DNA of 64,000 bases from the NCBI RefSeq assembly GCF_009914755.1, contig NC_060939.1. One strand, 5' to 3'. The number at the start of each line of letters is the position of its first letter. Position 1 is the first letter of the stretch. Shown piece after piece: positions 1 through 14,672 of this stretch. This DNA is from the human T2T-CHM13v2.0 reference genome, Homo sapiens. A program made the position numbers and the translations under genes. The notes beneath the pieces were generated by a model. The model was not told the origin of the DNA, searched no databases, and worked only from the letters and a program-made list of their open reading frames with translations.

Positions 1-270
1 GAACAGAAAACCAAACACCGCATTTTCTCACTCATTAGTGGGAGCTGAACAATGAGAACACATGGACACAGGAAGGGGAACATCACACACGAGGGCCTGT
101 TGGCAGGTGGGGAGAAAGGGGAGGGAGAGCATTAGGACAAATACCTAATGCATGTGGGGATTAAAACCTGGATGATGGGTTGATAGGTGCAGCAAACCAC
201 CATAGCACATGTATACCTATGTAACAAACCTGTACGTTCAGCACATGTATCCCAGAACTTAAAAAAAAAA
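1..270 (+). mobile_element. L1PA-family LINE-1 3' end (last ORF2 codons, 3'UTR, poly-A), cut by the window start
   Basis: AAACCAAACACCGCAT..CTCACTCAT..GAACAATGAGAACACATGGACACAGG, G-rich tract, ..TATCCCAGAACTTAAAAAAAAAAA. Confidence 0.95.
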
Positions 271-320
271 GCATGACAGACACAGTGTGTTTAAAATGCT
301 TTGTGCTAAAAATATAGACC

Positions 321-430
321 AAAAAGGAAGGAAGAAGGAGGAAAGGAAAGAAGAAGGAAGAAGAAAGGAAGAAGGAAGAGAGAGGAAGGAAGCAAGAAGG
401 AAGGAAGCAAGAAGGAAGAAAGGAATAGAA
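321..430 (+). repeat. GAA/GGAA-rich polypurine low-complexity tract
   Basis: Near-pure A/G run. Confidence 0.9.
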
Positions 431-1334
431 AGGCTGACCAATAAATTGGAATCTGAAAGCTCTGGTTTTAGAGCAGGGCAGTGAATTTGGGCAAGTTCCT
501 GCCCATTCTCCATCTCTAGAGAATTCATAGTATTAATGGGGATTTAAGGCCTCTCAGGTTTAAATGTCCTTTGAAACAATGTAATAGTTCAATGTCTTTA
601 TGACATTTACTTTGAGTTTTTATTTTTTGCCATCAAAAAGGTGGAATAAGATTTAGATGGGACCACAGTCACTGATTTAGATCAATGTAATAAAAATACA
701 ATGTGTTTTTTTCTTGCTCCAGGATACTGGAGGCAGCAGCCTACTGCTTCCCCCATGGCAGACATGTGGCTAGGGGTGCAAGTCGGAAGAGTGAGTGGGG
801 CTGCCGCAGGCTTTGCCCAGGCTCCCCTGCACCTGCGGGAAGGCTTCTCCTTGGCGGGTAAGTTTTGCACCATGAAGCAGCACGTTCCTATCTTTCACTG
901 TGTGATGTAAAAATCTGTGAGATGAAAATATAAATCTATGAGGCCATTTATCAAAGCCTCAGCATTGTTAAATCAGTGAACTGTGCACCAGCACATTTGT
1001 TCTTATGAAGCATTGAACTGGCAGTACCCAGTGACTGTCACTGCATTTGCCCAGGGGACCCAGCCCCAGTAAGGTGGAAATACAACTTAACTAGTTTCCT
1101 TAAGAAAGACCACACAGCCTGGCCCTGCTTGGTGACGTGGAGCACGCATCAAGTTTGTTCACTCTCTGTTCAGTTCCCCTTTTTCTGCGTCAAGAAGCTG
1201 TTGCCCACAGAGGTGGATTGAACACCCTTATTTCAAGGTGGGAAATGGCCTAGAAGTTGGAGCCTTGTTTACCACAAGAAACTGTTCGCCATTTCCAAAT
1301 TCTTCTCAACTAGAAAGGAGTGCAGTGGTACAAG

Positions 1335-2130
1335 TGAAACAGGAAAAATTCCATTGTCCCCCTTGCAGGGTGTGCAGTGGGGGTGTGGCTTGCTTCTTCA
1401 GTGCCCTGCTGCTCGGATCTCTAGGGGAGCATACAGACAGGCAGGCTGTGGGCTTTGACCCCACGGCAGTGTCTGGGGGTGAATGTTTACAGCTGAAGCC
1501 CCAGTGGGCGTGTGTTGCAAGGGGGCTCCTTTAGTTTAGCTGTCCCTAAGTGGCTTATGTTAGTCAGCCCAATTAGACCTGTGCCTTATCACAAGGACAG
1601 AGGGCTTTCTGTATCCCCGGGTTCTTGCCTTGGTGTACCGTAAGAATCGGATCACACATGGGCTTGGAGAATGAGTGCAAGGTTTTATTGAATGGAGTAG
1701 CTCTCAGTAGATGGGGGAGCCAGAAGAGAGATGGTTTTCCCCTGGAGTCAGGCTGTTTGGCGGCTGAATCTTCTCCAACAGTCCAGGTCAAACTCCACAT
1801 TGTTCCGTGGGTCAATGGCCTGCTGGTGTGCTGCAGTGCTCCTACATGGGTGCGTTCCTCTTGACGTCCAGCCACCCGTGTGTTCCTCCGTTGATGTGCT
1901 CCTCTTGATGTCCAGCCGCCTGTGTGTCTGCCAGCTAGGGTCTCAGGATTTTTATAGGCACAGGATGTGGGTGTGGCAGGCCAGGGTGGTCTTGGGAAAT
2001 GCAACATTTGGGCAGGAAAACAAAAATGCCTGTTCTCACCTAGGTCCGTGGGGACAGGCCCAGGGGTGGAGCCCTAGCCAGGGACCACACCCTTCTCTAC
2101 CCAGAACTTCCCTTCCCTACTTCTGTATCA
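1335..2130 (-). mobile_element. Solo ERV1 LTR, LTR1-like (about 796 bp)
   Basis: TG..CA termini; minus strand has CCTATAAAAA and AATAAA; 4-bp flanks CAAG/CACG fit an aged TSD; matches recalled LTR1 consensus. Confidence 0.8.
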
Positions 2131-2494
2131 CACGTGCTGGAGTTTCAGCTGTGATGGCTAATTTGGTGTCAACTTGGCTAACAGTGCCCAGTTTTTTTTT
2201 GTTAAACACTGGTCTAGATGTGATTGTGGAGGTATTTTTTAGATGTGATAAGCATTGGAATCAGTAGACTTTTGAATAAAGCAGATTACCCTCCATAATG
2301 TGGGTGGGCCACATCCAATCAGTCGAAGGCCAAAGTGAGCCAAGATTGAGGTGTCCCTAAGAATGAATTCTCAAGATGGCAACATGGAAAATCTGCCTGG
2401 GTTTTCAGTTTGCTGCTCTGTGGAATGCAGCTCAAGACTGCAACATTAGCTCTTACCTGACGTTGCAGCCTGCCCTATAGCATTTGGACCTGCT

Positions 2495-2838
<344 letters not shown>

Positions 2839-2880
2839 TTAAAATGAATCTCTGACTCTGTCTTCATCTCTCTCTCTCTG

Positions 2881-2942
<62 letters not shown>
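2881..2942. repeat. (TATATG)n microsatellite
   Basis: About 10 hexamer copies. Confidence 0.95.
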
Positions 2943-3001
2943 CTATTGGTTCTATTTCTCTGGAGAATCCTGACTGATATACCAGCCCTGGTTTTCCATG
3001 A

Positions 3002-3333
<332 letters not shown>

Positions 3334-3699
3334 GGATGTTGTTTTCTCTGTATCATCAGTTCCTCCTTCTTTAAAATAACGCCTCTATTAAGTCTATCAA
3401 GAGTTTGAAAATGTGCTCCCACCATTTCCTGGGTTAGAATCTCTTCGTGGGCTGCACCTCTGAATCAGCTTTGCAGCCTGTCAATCATACAAATGCTGGG
3501 CTGTTTCTCCTGAGATTCTGGGTCAGTGTTCAGGGCAGGCACTGAGTATTCATAGTCTTTAAAATGTGTCCCACGTAAGTCTGCTATTGAGTGCTACCAA
3601 ACTTCATAATAATATCTAACTTCCTTAACATCCAAACACTACCCCGATCTGGCATTGCCTAATACTTCACCATGTCACACCCTAGACCAGACGCAGTGA

Positions 3700-4020
3700 A
3701 CCTTCACACCCTTATCTGCCTTTGCGCTTTTGCACGTACTCTTTCAACTGCCTGAAATCCACCCCTACCACACATCCCCTGTCACCTGGCAAACTCCTAT
3801 GAATCCTTCAAGGTCCCGTAGAAGGATGATGCTTTTCCAGGCCTCCAGGACCCAAGCACATATGTTTAATAACTCTGTTGTGATATTGAGCACATCAAAT
3901 TACCATCTAACTACACTTCTCTATTGGCTGCAACCTCTTCAAAGTTGGGCATCACATCTTTGTGTCCTCATTGCCCAGGACGATGCCTGACATATAAAGC
4001 TCAATAAATTTTTGCTGAAT
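3700..4020 (+). mobile_element. L2 LINE 3' remnant
   Basis: CCTGGCAAACTCCTA..TCCTTCAAG and TGCCTGACATA..GCTCAATAAAT..TGAAT tail. Confidence 0.65.
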
Positions 4021-4501
4021 TTAAATCACAAAGCAAGTTCTTCCTGCACTGATTCCACACTCACCAAGCAACAGTTGGATAATTTGACTTCCCCGGCAGC
4101 TCCTGCCGATGGAGTGAATGCGTGTTCGGTCAGACAGATGTGAGTGTCTGGGCCACATGACAGTGCATTTATTTCCAGCTTAAATTAATAAATAGGAGTC
4201 CTGGTTTACATACAATTTGTTGAATAAATGGCTTGCCTATGGTCATAGCTCAATTATCCAAATACAGATGATCCTCCCAGCCTATTATTTGCAGACTGAT
4301 TTTTATTTATTATCTTGAATTTGTTCTCTCTCTCTCTCTTTCTTTTTTTTGAGCTCTGCTCAGTCCCTCTTTCCTCCCTGTGTGGATAATTGAAAGCTGG
4401 CACCACATGTGACCCCATCAGAAAGGCCGTCTTATAAAGCATTGGTGTTGAGTCAATTTTACTGATGGTATTGGCTACACATATATCTAGGGCAGAATCC
4501 A

Positions 4502-4607
4502 CCAGATGTTGGTGTGGCGAATCTCCACCCCATTGCAAGGATTTTGCTGCAGCAAAATCTAGTTTGGGACTGTGCTATGTAAGTTCTATCAGGAAGATAG
4601 GGACCCT
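4502..4607 (+). repeat. 106-bp local direct duplication, copy 1 (copy 2 at 6057-6162)
   Basis: Ungapped alignment, 13 mismatches by manual count; contains palindrome GATTTTGCTGCAGCAAAATC. Confidence 0.95.
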
Positions 4608-4769
4608 TGCTTGTTGGTTGGAAGGTGAGTGATGGAGAGGGAATCCTGCCGGCTTGTAAGTAGGCACTGATCTTTCTTACTTTTAGGTTTGAAACAGACC
4701 ATCCCACATATGTTGCCCTCTTTGATAGTCTGAAGACAAAAAACCAAACATTTTTTTCTCTATCCTGTG

Positions 4770-4975
4770 GAAAAGACGCATAGGGCAAGACATGTGGGAA
4801 GGGGTGACACTTCCATGTCCTCTCTGAGAGCATCACCTTCCAGGAACCTCTGCAGGTCCAGCAATCTGGAAGCTCTCAGCATACTGTCCTTGTGGGTTTT
4901 TATGGAGGCTTTCTTATGTAGGCATGGTTAATGATATTGTTGGCCTTAGTGATCAACTCAACATTCAGCCCCTCT
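4770..4975 (-). mobile_element. MER21-like LTR fragment
   Basis: CTTCCATG.CCTCTC..GGAAGCTCT..GGGTTTTTATGGAGGCTT..GTAGGCATG..ATCAACTCAAC..CAGCCCCTCTC. Confidence 0.7.
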
Positions 4976-6058
4976 CTCTCTCTCTCCCACTCTCTCTCTG
5001 TCTCCCACCCTCCCCCCCTCTCCCCACTCTCTCTCTCTCCCCTCTCTCTCCTCCCCTCTCTCTCCCCACTCTCTCTCTCTCTCCCCCCTCTCCCCCTTCT
5101 GTCTCTGTCTCCCCCCGCTTTTCCCCTCTCTCTCTCCCTCCCCCTCTCCCCCTCCCCTCTCCCCGTCCCCCTCTGTCTCTCTCCCACCCTTTCTCTCCCC
5201 CTCCCTCTCCCTCCCTCCCCCTCCCCATCTCTCCCTCCCTCCCCCCTCCCCCTCTCTCCCCATCCCTCCCCTCCTCCCTCCCCCTCCCCTCCCCTTCCCT
5301 CTCCCTCTACCCCCTCTCTCCCCCTCCCCCTCTCTCTCCCTCCCTACCCCTCTCTCCCTCTCTCTCCCTCCCCCCTCTCTCCCTCTCCCATCTCTTTCTC
5401 CCTCCCCCCTCTCTTATTCCCTCCCCACCCCCCCCCTCTCTCCCCTCCCCTCTCCCTCCCCTCCCCTCTCTCTCCCCTCCCCTCTCTCTCCCCTCCCCTC
5501 TCCCCCTCCCACCTCTCTCTCCCCTCCCCCCTCTCCCCTCCCCTGTCTCTCCCCTCCCCCCTTCCCCTCCTCCCTCCCTCTCTTCCCCCTCCCCCTCCCC
5601 TCCCTCTCTTCCCCCTCCCCCTCCCTCTCTTCCCCCTCCCCCTTCCTGTCTTCCCCCTCCCCCTTCCTGTCTTCCCCCTCCCTCTCTTCCCCCTCCCCCT
5701 CCCTCTCTTCCCCCTCCTTCTCTTCCCCCTCCCTCTCCCTCTCTTCCCCCTCCCTCTCTTCCCCCTCCCTCTCCCTCTCTTCCCCCTCCCTCTCTCTCTC
5801 TTTCCCCTCCCTCTCTTCCCCCTCCCTCTCCCTCTCTTCCCCCTCCCTCTCCCTCTCTTCCCCTTCCCTCTCTCTCTCTTCCCCCTCCCTCTCTTCCCCT
5901 CCCTCTCTCTCTCTTCCCCCTCCCTCTTCCTCTCTTCCCCCTCCCTCTCCCTCTCTTCCCCCTCCCTCTTTTCCTCCTCCCCACTCCACCTCTCTCTCTC
6001 TCTCCTCCGTCTCTGTCTTCTCCCCTGTCTCTCCCCCACCCCTCTCCCCACTCCCCCC
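4969..6058. repeat. About 1.1-kb polypyrimidine/polypurine tract with internal 15/21-bp CTTCCCCCTCCCTCT-type units
   Basis: Almost exclusively C/T; source of the Pro/Ser/Leu and Gly/Arg/Glu pseudo-ORFs. Confidence 0.97.
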
Positions 6059-6162
6059 AGATGTTGGTATGGTGAATCTCCACTCCATTCCAAGGATTTT
6101 GCTGCAGCAAAATCGAGTGTAGAACTGTGCTGTGTGAGTTGTATCAGGAAGACAGAGACCCT
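6057..6162 (+). repeat. 106-bp local direct duplication, copy 2
   Basis: See 4502-4607. Confidence 0.95.
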
Positions 6163-6179
6163 GTCAAGAAGACAGGAAC

Positions 6180-6207
6180 TATACATATATATACATATAC
6201 ATATATA

Positions 6208-6238
<31 letters not shown>

Positions 6239-6280
6239 GTGTGTGTATATATATATATACATACAGAGAGAGATATATAG
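6180..6280. repeat. Compound (TA)n/(TG)n/(GA)n microsatellite
   Basis: Direct reading. Confidence 0.9.
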
Positions 6281-7634
6281 TTATCTAGATACCTAGGGAA
6301 CTTATGTGTATATACTTCTTCTTATACCATAATGTCCTTAAGCAGGCTCTTTCTTGTAGCTGGAGGAGGCCCCCAGCACCTGAGAAGAGAACTTTTCCAT
6401 GGAAGAACCTAGAGTCAGTGTGGTACAACAAGAGACTTCCAACTAGGAATTAACAGGTGCAGTTCCAGCCCCACCTCTGCCACCTTGTGCCTAGGACAAT
6501 GGGCAATCTCTGTCTCTTGTCGATTTCACTGGGAGCTGGGATTGGCCTCATGGCCACTGTGCACTTGGGATTTAGAATGGGTATTATGGTGGGGGTGTCT
6601 GTTGAAGGAAAGCGAGACAGGACCTGTTAAATAGACCTGTGGCAGGTCCCAAAGCCTACCCTCCTTAAAGCCACCCCATCATTCAGGAACCTCTTTCCGC
6701 CGCCTTGTTCTATCCCCCACACAGCCTGCAACAATCATGTGAATTCTGAAGAAAATCAGAGTTCTTTGCCCAGACTCCTCCAAGTCATCTTGGGATACCA
6801 GTGAGCTTTCTTCTCTGGCTGGACCATGCCCCATACCACCCTGTGCCCTGCACTGGCAGGAGGGTCTCTGCCCCCACTAGCTCTTGCCTCTGTTTTTCTC
6901 TGAGCTGCCCATCCTATTGCCCACTCCCCTCACACTGCAGCAACAAAGAGCCCACCTCACAGCCTGGCCTTGTACCTCATTTTCCACATGGCTGCCATTC
7001 GGAGGAGTTATTGATCTAATGTTGGTGTGGAGGCTGCTGGTGGGGAGAGTAACATGGCCTGGAGCAGCCAGCTGCAGTGGCTTGCCTGAGGCTGCCGAAC
7101 AGTACAGCTGCACTGGAAACTGAGATACACTCTCTGCTTCAGCAGAGGCTTTTCTTTCTGATTTTGGGAGGTGGTGCTGGCATAGCCGTGACTGGAACAC
7201 CCTGGGGGAAGGTTCCTCACAAGCTGACCCGATAGGGCTCTGTGTCCTGCGGGCTGCCTGGAGGAGGAGAACTTGAGAAGGCACAGGGGTGGAGAGGAAT
7301 TAGAGCAGAAGCAAAGCTAAGCTCAAAGGGCAGGAGCAGGAATGGAGCTGTGGTCACAGCCCAGACCGAACAGCAGACCTGCCAAGGTGGGTCGCAGCAG
7401 GACCCGCTTCCAGGATGCACGAGGGTAGGCGAGCCATGGTGGAGACCAGCAGGGAAGGTGTCCTCACCTGCACTGGGCTAATGAACACACTGCTCTATTG
7501 TGCAGGCCAGAGGTGGCTTCTCCTCTCCCACATCTCACAGGGCCCAGCCAGGGGCCACCTCAACCAGGAAGTTTCCTTTGACATTTCCCATCACCCACAG
7601 TCTCAATGGAAGAGAAATAACCAGAAACACTGGA

Positions 7635-7775
7635 CCAGCACTTCTCAACTGGAGAGCCTCATAAAATGCAGATGTCTGGGTCCCTTTCCAGATCTGTTAA
7701 AATTATAAGCTGGAGGGGAGGAGCCCAGGCATATGTATTTTTAAAACAAGTTTTCTAAGTAATTCTGAAATGCCT
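7635..7775. mobile_element. MER5-type hAT-Charlie MITE remnant
   Basis: CAGCACTTCTCAA..AAAATGCAGAT..GGAGCCCAGGCAT.TGTATTTTTAA..AGTAATTCTGA. Confidence 0.7.
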
Positions 7776-8219
7776 CTTGATGGGACCTAAGAATGGGTAT
7801 GTTTTATAGCACTTTACAGCTTACCAAGAAGGCTGCAGACCCGAGCTCACTTTTTCTGACGCCACTTTGGTTTGTACCTCATCCCCAAGCACCACATAAT
7901 TTAAATAGCTGCCTGTTTCTTCTGTTATTCCACTCTCACCTTGGGGAGAGAACCAGGCTCTGTCCTTTATTTACTTTTTGATCACTCACAGTGCTTTCTT
8001 CCACACACTGTGCTAGGGAAAGACCAAGAACTCAGTAAATACTTAACGACTGGGGTTAGGTCAGGGAATTAAAGGCCACAGTAAACACACAGACACTCAC
8101 ACATTATTTGCACACAAGAGAGATGTGTACACTGCAGGAAAATGAGAAAGTTCAAATAGGAGAAAAAAAAATGAAAACCACCTATGTTCACTCCCTATAC
8201 TTTAAAAACTACCAATTCC

Positions 8220-8221
<2 letters not shown>

Positions 8222-8267
<46 letters not shown>

Positions 8268-8271
8268 GTAT
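8222..8271. repeat. (TG)n/(TATG)n microsatellite
   Basis: Direct reading. Confidence 0.95.
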
Positions 8272-9027
8272 GCAGTTTTACATCAATATGGGATTATGCT
8301 GTGTATACTCTTTTATAGCTACATTTTACAATTTGGCAATAGATCATAAGCAAATTCCATTATCTTAAAAATATTAGCATTAGGTCCTAAACAGAGTTTT
8401 AACTAGGAAATCACTAGCAAAGATATCTCAAAGATGGGTCTTGAAGTCCAAAATGAGAGATTGTAGACCCTACTCTAATACTTAACACTTATGCACATCA
8501 ACACACATTCTCAAAACATCCTATCATAAAATAAATACTTTGGTTGAACATAGAGATTATATGTAGTTTACTGTTTTCATTGTTATTTCTCTGCTCAATT
8601 CTTTTTGATAATTCTTCCTTATAGGATAGGGTCCAAAAATATTAGCTTGGCATTCATGATCCTCTGCCACCTGGACCCAATTAACTTTCCAATGTTATGT
8701 CCCACTGATCCCCATTTAATGCTTTCTACTTTCGTCATAGAGTGCTACTCAGTGTTTTTGAAGGGTGGCCATGACAGTGTCTACTCTTTGTTTGCAAATC
8801 TTTCCCTGTCTGAATGTCATCCTTCTTCTCTTCCTATACTACTACCAATCCCGTGGTAAACAGGGCCCACATCACTAAATAGGACGATCCTGCAGTTATA
8901 CGTTACTGTATAACAAATGATTCAAAAACTTGGTGGCTTACAACGATAATTTATTATTTCTTGTGATTCTTTGGATCAGGAACTCAGACTGGGATCAGCT
9001 AGATGGTTCTTCTGCTGGACTCACCTG

Positions 9028-9657
<630 letters not shown>

Positions 9658-10308
9658 CTAGCCTTGGATGTCACACACATAACGTCACTTCCCATTCAGT
9701 CTCTTGGTCAAATGAGTCATAGTGTTGCCTGCATTCAGTCCTCCAAAAATGGGCTCTAACTTTAGATGGGAGGAGCAGCAAAGTGGCAGTGCAAGGGGCA
9801 TGCATCTGGGGATGAGAGGAATGGCTGCAGCCCTTTTTGCAAACAGCATTATTCCCTATCACTTTCAAATACTACCTTGTAGTCTACTGTACCATAACTC
9901 TTTATTCACTTTCTAACTTTTACATTTGGGTTATTTCTTTATGTTGTTATGAACTTTGTTTCAAACAACAGGCATTTTTGTGTACTTGTCTAATTTTGTG
10001 TATTTTTTTCTCTTCTGAGTTAGAAATCACTGCCTTATGTCAGAGCCCAGCTTTATCACTTACTGTGTGTCCGGGGGAAAAATTGCTTAGCAGCTTCCTA
10101 CCTCAGTTTCCTTATCTGAAAATGAAGACAAAAATATGACTCATCATATGGGGTTACTGTGAAGGTCAAATAGATACTGAATATAAAATGCTCAATAACT
10201 GTTGATAATTATTAAGATAAATCCCTGGAAGCAAAATTATTAGGCCAAGTGGTATCAAAATATTTAGGACAATTGCTGTATATTAATAAAGGGGACCACT
10301 AAAAATAT

Positions 10309-10496
10309 ATTTTAAATTTTAGATTCAGAGGGCACATGTGCAAGTTTTTTAATGGATATATTAGGTGATGTTGGGTTTGAGCTTCTAGTGAAGCCATCAC
10401 CCAAATAGTGGACATAGTATCCAAAAGGTAGTTTTTAAACCCTTTTTCCCATGCCTCCCTCCCTCCCCCATTTTGGAGTCCCTAGTACCTATTGTA
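10309..10496 (-). mobile_element. Older L1 (L1PA15-16/L1PB-like) 3'UTR fragment
   Basis: TTTTAGATTCAG.GG..CATGTGCA..CATCACCCAAATAGTG. Confidence 0.8.
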
Positions 10497-10569
10497 GGGA
10501 TCATGTTTTGGGTTAACAGAAACAAGACCCAGTTCTAGAGCCTAGTGGTTAAGAACTAAGACTTTAGAC

Positions 10570-10767
10570 CAGGAGTCAGAAAGCTGCTGCCCATGGACTG
10601 TTTTTGTAAATAAGGTTTTATTGGAATACAACTATGCCCCCTTTTTAAAATGTATCAGCTCTCACTGCTTTTGCCTTAGAATAGTAGAGTTGAATAGTTG
10701 TGGCAGCAATCAAGTGGCCCACAAAAGTGAAAATATTTACTATCTGACCCTTTATAGAAAGTTTGCT
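10570..10767 (+). mobile_element. MER58A hAT-Charlie MITE
   Basis: TTTTTGTAAATAA.GTTTTATTGGAA..AGAGTTGAATAGTTG..AAAATATTTACTATCTG.CCCTTTA. Confidence 0.85.
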
Positions 10768-10976
10768 AACACGGTGAAACCCCATCTCTACTAAAAATAC
10801 AAAAAAAAATTAGCCGGGCATAAGTGGTGCACGCCTGTAGTCCCAGCTACTCAGGAGGCTGAGGCAGGAGAATGGCGTAAAACCTGGGAGGCGGAGCTTG
10901 CAGTGAGCCGAGATCGCACCACTGCACTCCAGCCTGGGAGACAGAGGGAGACTCTGTCTCCAAAAAAAAAAAAGAG
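10765..10976 (+). mobile_element. 5'-truncated AluY
   Basis: Starts at GCTAACACGGTGAAAC; AluY-type GAATGGCGT and GGAGCTTGCAG; TSD AGAAAGTTTGCT at 10756 and 10977. Confidence 0.9.
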
Positions 10977-11215
10977 AGAAAGTTTGCTTTCAGTTTAGTG
11001 TAAGAAAGTCCTGGACTCGAATCCACACCCTGCACAATACCCTCTGTACTGGTGCACATACCCTCTGTACTGGTGACATAAGTGCTTGGTAAAGGATAGT
11101 CCTCTTATGACTCTCTTTCCTGCTATCTTGGTGGACACTGAGGAAGGAGGCCAGCAAGATGATTTCATCCACACCAAGTAGAAGGGCTCTACAGAGCAGC
11201 AGATATTTAAATAGA

Positions 11216-11330
11216 AAGTGTTGTGTGTGCTCGTGTGTGTGCCTGTGTGTATGTCAGCATCCAGGTGTATGTGCATCCTTCTGTGTGTGTGTGTGTGTGT
11301 GCATGTGCACGTGCACACTCGTGTGTGCCT
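11216..11330. repeat. Degenerate (TG)n tract
   Basis: Direct reading. Confidence 0.85.
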
Positions 11331-11819
11331 GTAGCCAGAGGACTGGCTGGTGGAGTGGTCATTCTCCCTGAGCAAAGTTTTCTGTACTTGTAATAGGTAC
11401 TGTTGGCGTGACTGTTCTGAGCAATGATGAGAGGTGCCAGAGGAAGCAGTGTGAAATAGTGTCGTAGTGGAAATATGTAATGAAGGTCATTGTAGGCAGG
11501 AGTCTCTTCAACGTGTCTACTCACCCAAAAACAATGGCACTGGCCCTCCCTTGGTGCCCGGGCTCTCCCAGCAGTGTGTGGGCCCTCCCCATGGCTGAAG
11601 CTTGCCCCTGGTTTCCATCTGCACTCTTCACACTGCCCAAGTGAAACCTAGTTTCTCTGATTCATTCTGCTGACGAAAGCACCAATCACATGCTCTCCAG
11701 TTGATGAACCATGGTGTGGGTACTTGCTGGGTTCTGAGCACTGCATTTTAAGCTGGATGTTGGTAAACTTAGAGACATGATGTGTGCTATCTTCCTTCGT
11801 TTTCACACCAACACTCTGA

Positions 11820-11960
11820 GCAGGTCTTATTATCTTCCCTTCATAGGTTAGAAACTAGAGCTCAGAAAGGTCAAATAACTTTCTCCAAGACACATAGCCA
11901 CATAAGGACTGGAGCTGGGATTTGATCCACGAGTCTCAAAAAGCTTATTGTTTCTACTGC
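11820..11960 (+). mobile_element. MIR fragment
   Basis: GAAACT.GAGCTCAGAAAGGT.AAATAACTT..CCAAG.CACA..GGAGCTGGGATTTGA. Confidence 0.7.
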
Positions 11961-13110
11961 ACTAGACAATCACTAGTCTAGCAGAAAGAATTCCATGGTA
12001 GAAACATTATAATTAAGGTCAAGGTGAGATATAGGTCATGAAAGACTTACATAAACACTAGAAGAATTCAGAAGAAAGGGAAATTTTATATAGATGAAAG
12101 CATTTGCATTTGATTTTAATTCCATATGACCAAGAGAAGAAAATTTGTTTTTCTTCTGAATCTGAGGCCTTAGGTAAAATTAGGGGGGAAAAAAAAACAT
12201 CAGTCCTGAATATGTTGGTTCAAAATTTGGGAAGTGTATGACAATCTTTACTTGACTGAAGAAAGCAAGTTGACTTTGGGCCATGGGAGGGCTGGGCCAA
12301 GTCAGTTTTTGCTTCAGGCTGCCTGTCTGGAGGGACACAGATGTCACTGTTTTAAGTGTTAACTAAAGTCACCACTCCCTTAAAAGGATGGGTCCATTGT
12401 GGGCCCGAGGAAATGTCCAAGCTGCATCCATCATCACTTCAATAGGGTTCTTTCTCTGGCTGTCACACTTAACTGTTCTCTGCAGCATTTGTACCAGAGT
12501 TAGGTCCTAGTTGCTCCTCTCTGCCTAGCTTGTGCCCAGTACAGTCCTGTGATAGAAAAATTATTATTCCACAGTATTCTTCAGAGAGGCTTTGAGAACC
12601 TGGAAGTAATAAACCAACAGAGCTGATAGGTGTTGACCTGCGAATAGCATTTCCCTACCTCTGCACCTGTTCACCGATGCCTCCAGGAACCCTTTCTTTG
12701 GTCTAAAGGAGAGCTAATGGTACATTTCTTATGGAAGCATCCTGAGCCTTGAGACACATGTCCACGGGTCTAGCCCAGGATGGGGTACATAGAAGAGCTC
12801 GGGAAAAGTTTATTGACTGAAGGGAAGAATGAAGGTATGAATGCAAGCCGAATGTCTCTATCATTAATTGCTGAGCTCACTGCAGCGAGGAATTTAAGCA
12901 TTTTATTTTCAAAATAGATTCTCTGCTTGGATGTTCGAGCTGAGGCTAGACAAGATTAAAGACCATTCAGCCCTAGAAAGTCTGGTTTAATTGGTCTGGG
13001 AAGGAACCTGGCAATGGCATTTTTAAGACGCTCCCCTGGTGATTCTGATACGCGGTCAGGGCTAAAAACCATTTGGATTTTATCCAGTCTAAATTCTCTC
13101 AAAAGTAAAG

Positions 13111-13885
<775 letters not shown>

Positions 13886-14672
13886 AGGAAACTGAGGCCC
13901 AGAGAAAGGCTACAGCTTGGAAGCCCTTGGCCATGAAATAAAATGAGGAAAATCTGTTGGCTGCCTCTGGGTTTTTTTTTCCAGGTTGTGTTTCTTGCTT
14001 TCTTGCTCTATCTGTGGGTTTGAACTTGGACCTGTGGTCAGGACCAATCCCCTACCCCCAACTATTCTTTCTTCCCTGTATCTTCTGTGACCCTGTGGTT
14101 ACCTCCTGCCCACTTTTTTGTTTCCTGTGTGACTTGGGTTCAATTTTTGTTTTAATTGATAAAGTGCCCCTTCTGGAATGTTATGTCTGTTTTTCCTGCT
14201 CTTTCCCCTGGAAGCAAATGGGAGAGATTTATGGTTCCTTGTAAAACCCACGCCTTGTTTAGAAATTGCTTGTGATTGATTAAGTGATAAAAATGCTTTT
14301 AAGACAGGAAGGTAAATTTTCCTGCTAATTGCTCTGTGCTTTACATTAGAACATTGTTACACTGCCTGATACTCTCTAGGGCTGGACAACTTTGTAATTT
14401 CCATCACCCTGAAAAGTCACATTGGAATCATCGTCTGCATGTTTATTTTTTCCAGGACGGAGACTGTTAAAAGACACAGATAATTAATAGGCCAATAAAC
14501 ACAATCAGCAACACATTTGAAACAAGAGAGCAAATCCCCTGTTTCCTTTCAGTATGAGCTCCAGCGTTCATCTGGGTGTGCAGACAGGAGCCAGGCCCTG
14601 GTGGAAGGGTGGTCCAGATGGGATATGGATGGGGTTTCTCAGCCTCCACCTGTCCCTTCCCTCTTTCTAGTA

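Noticed and set aside
259-528. Lys/Glu/Arg-rich and Phe/Leu/Ser-rich ORFs
   Set aside because: Translations of the GAA-rich tract.
1850-1930. Internal repeat TCCTCTTGA(C/T)GTCCAGCC
   Set aside because: Lies within the LTR1-like element and is probably part of its consensus structure.
4924-6280. Long ORFs of 224-449 aa (Pro/Ser/Leu-rich and Gly/Arg/Glu-rich)
   Set aside because: C/T-only DNA and its A/G complement cannot encode stop codons, so all frames stay open; extensin/formin-like look is a composition artefact.
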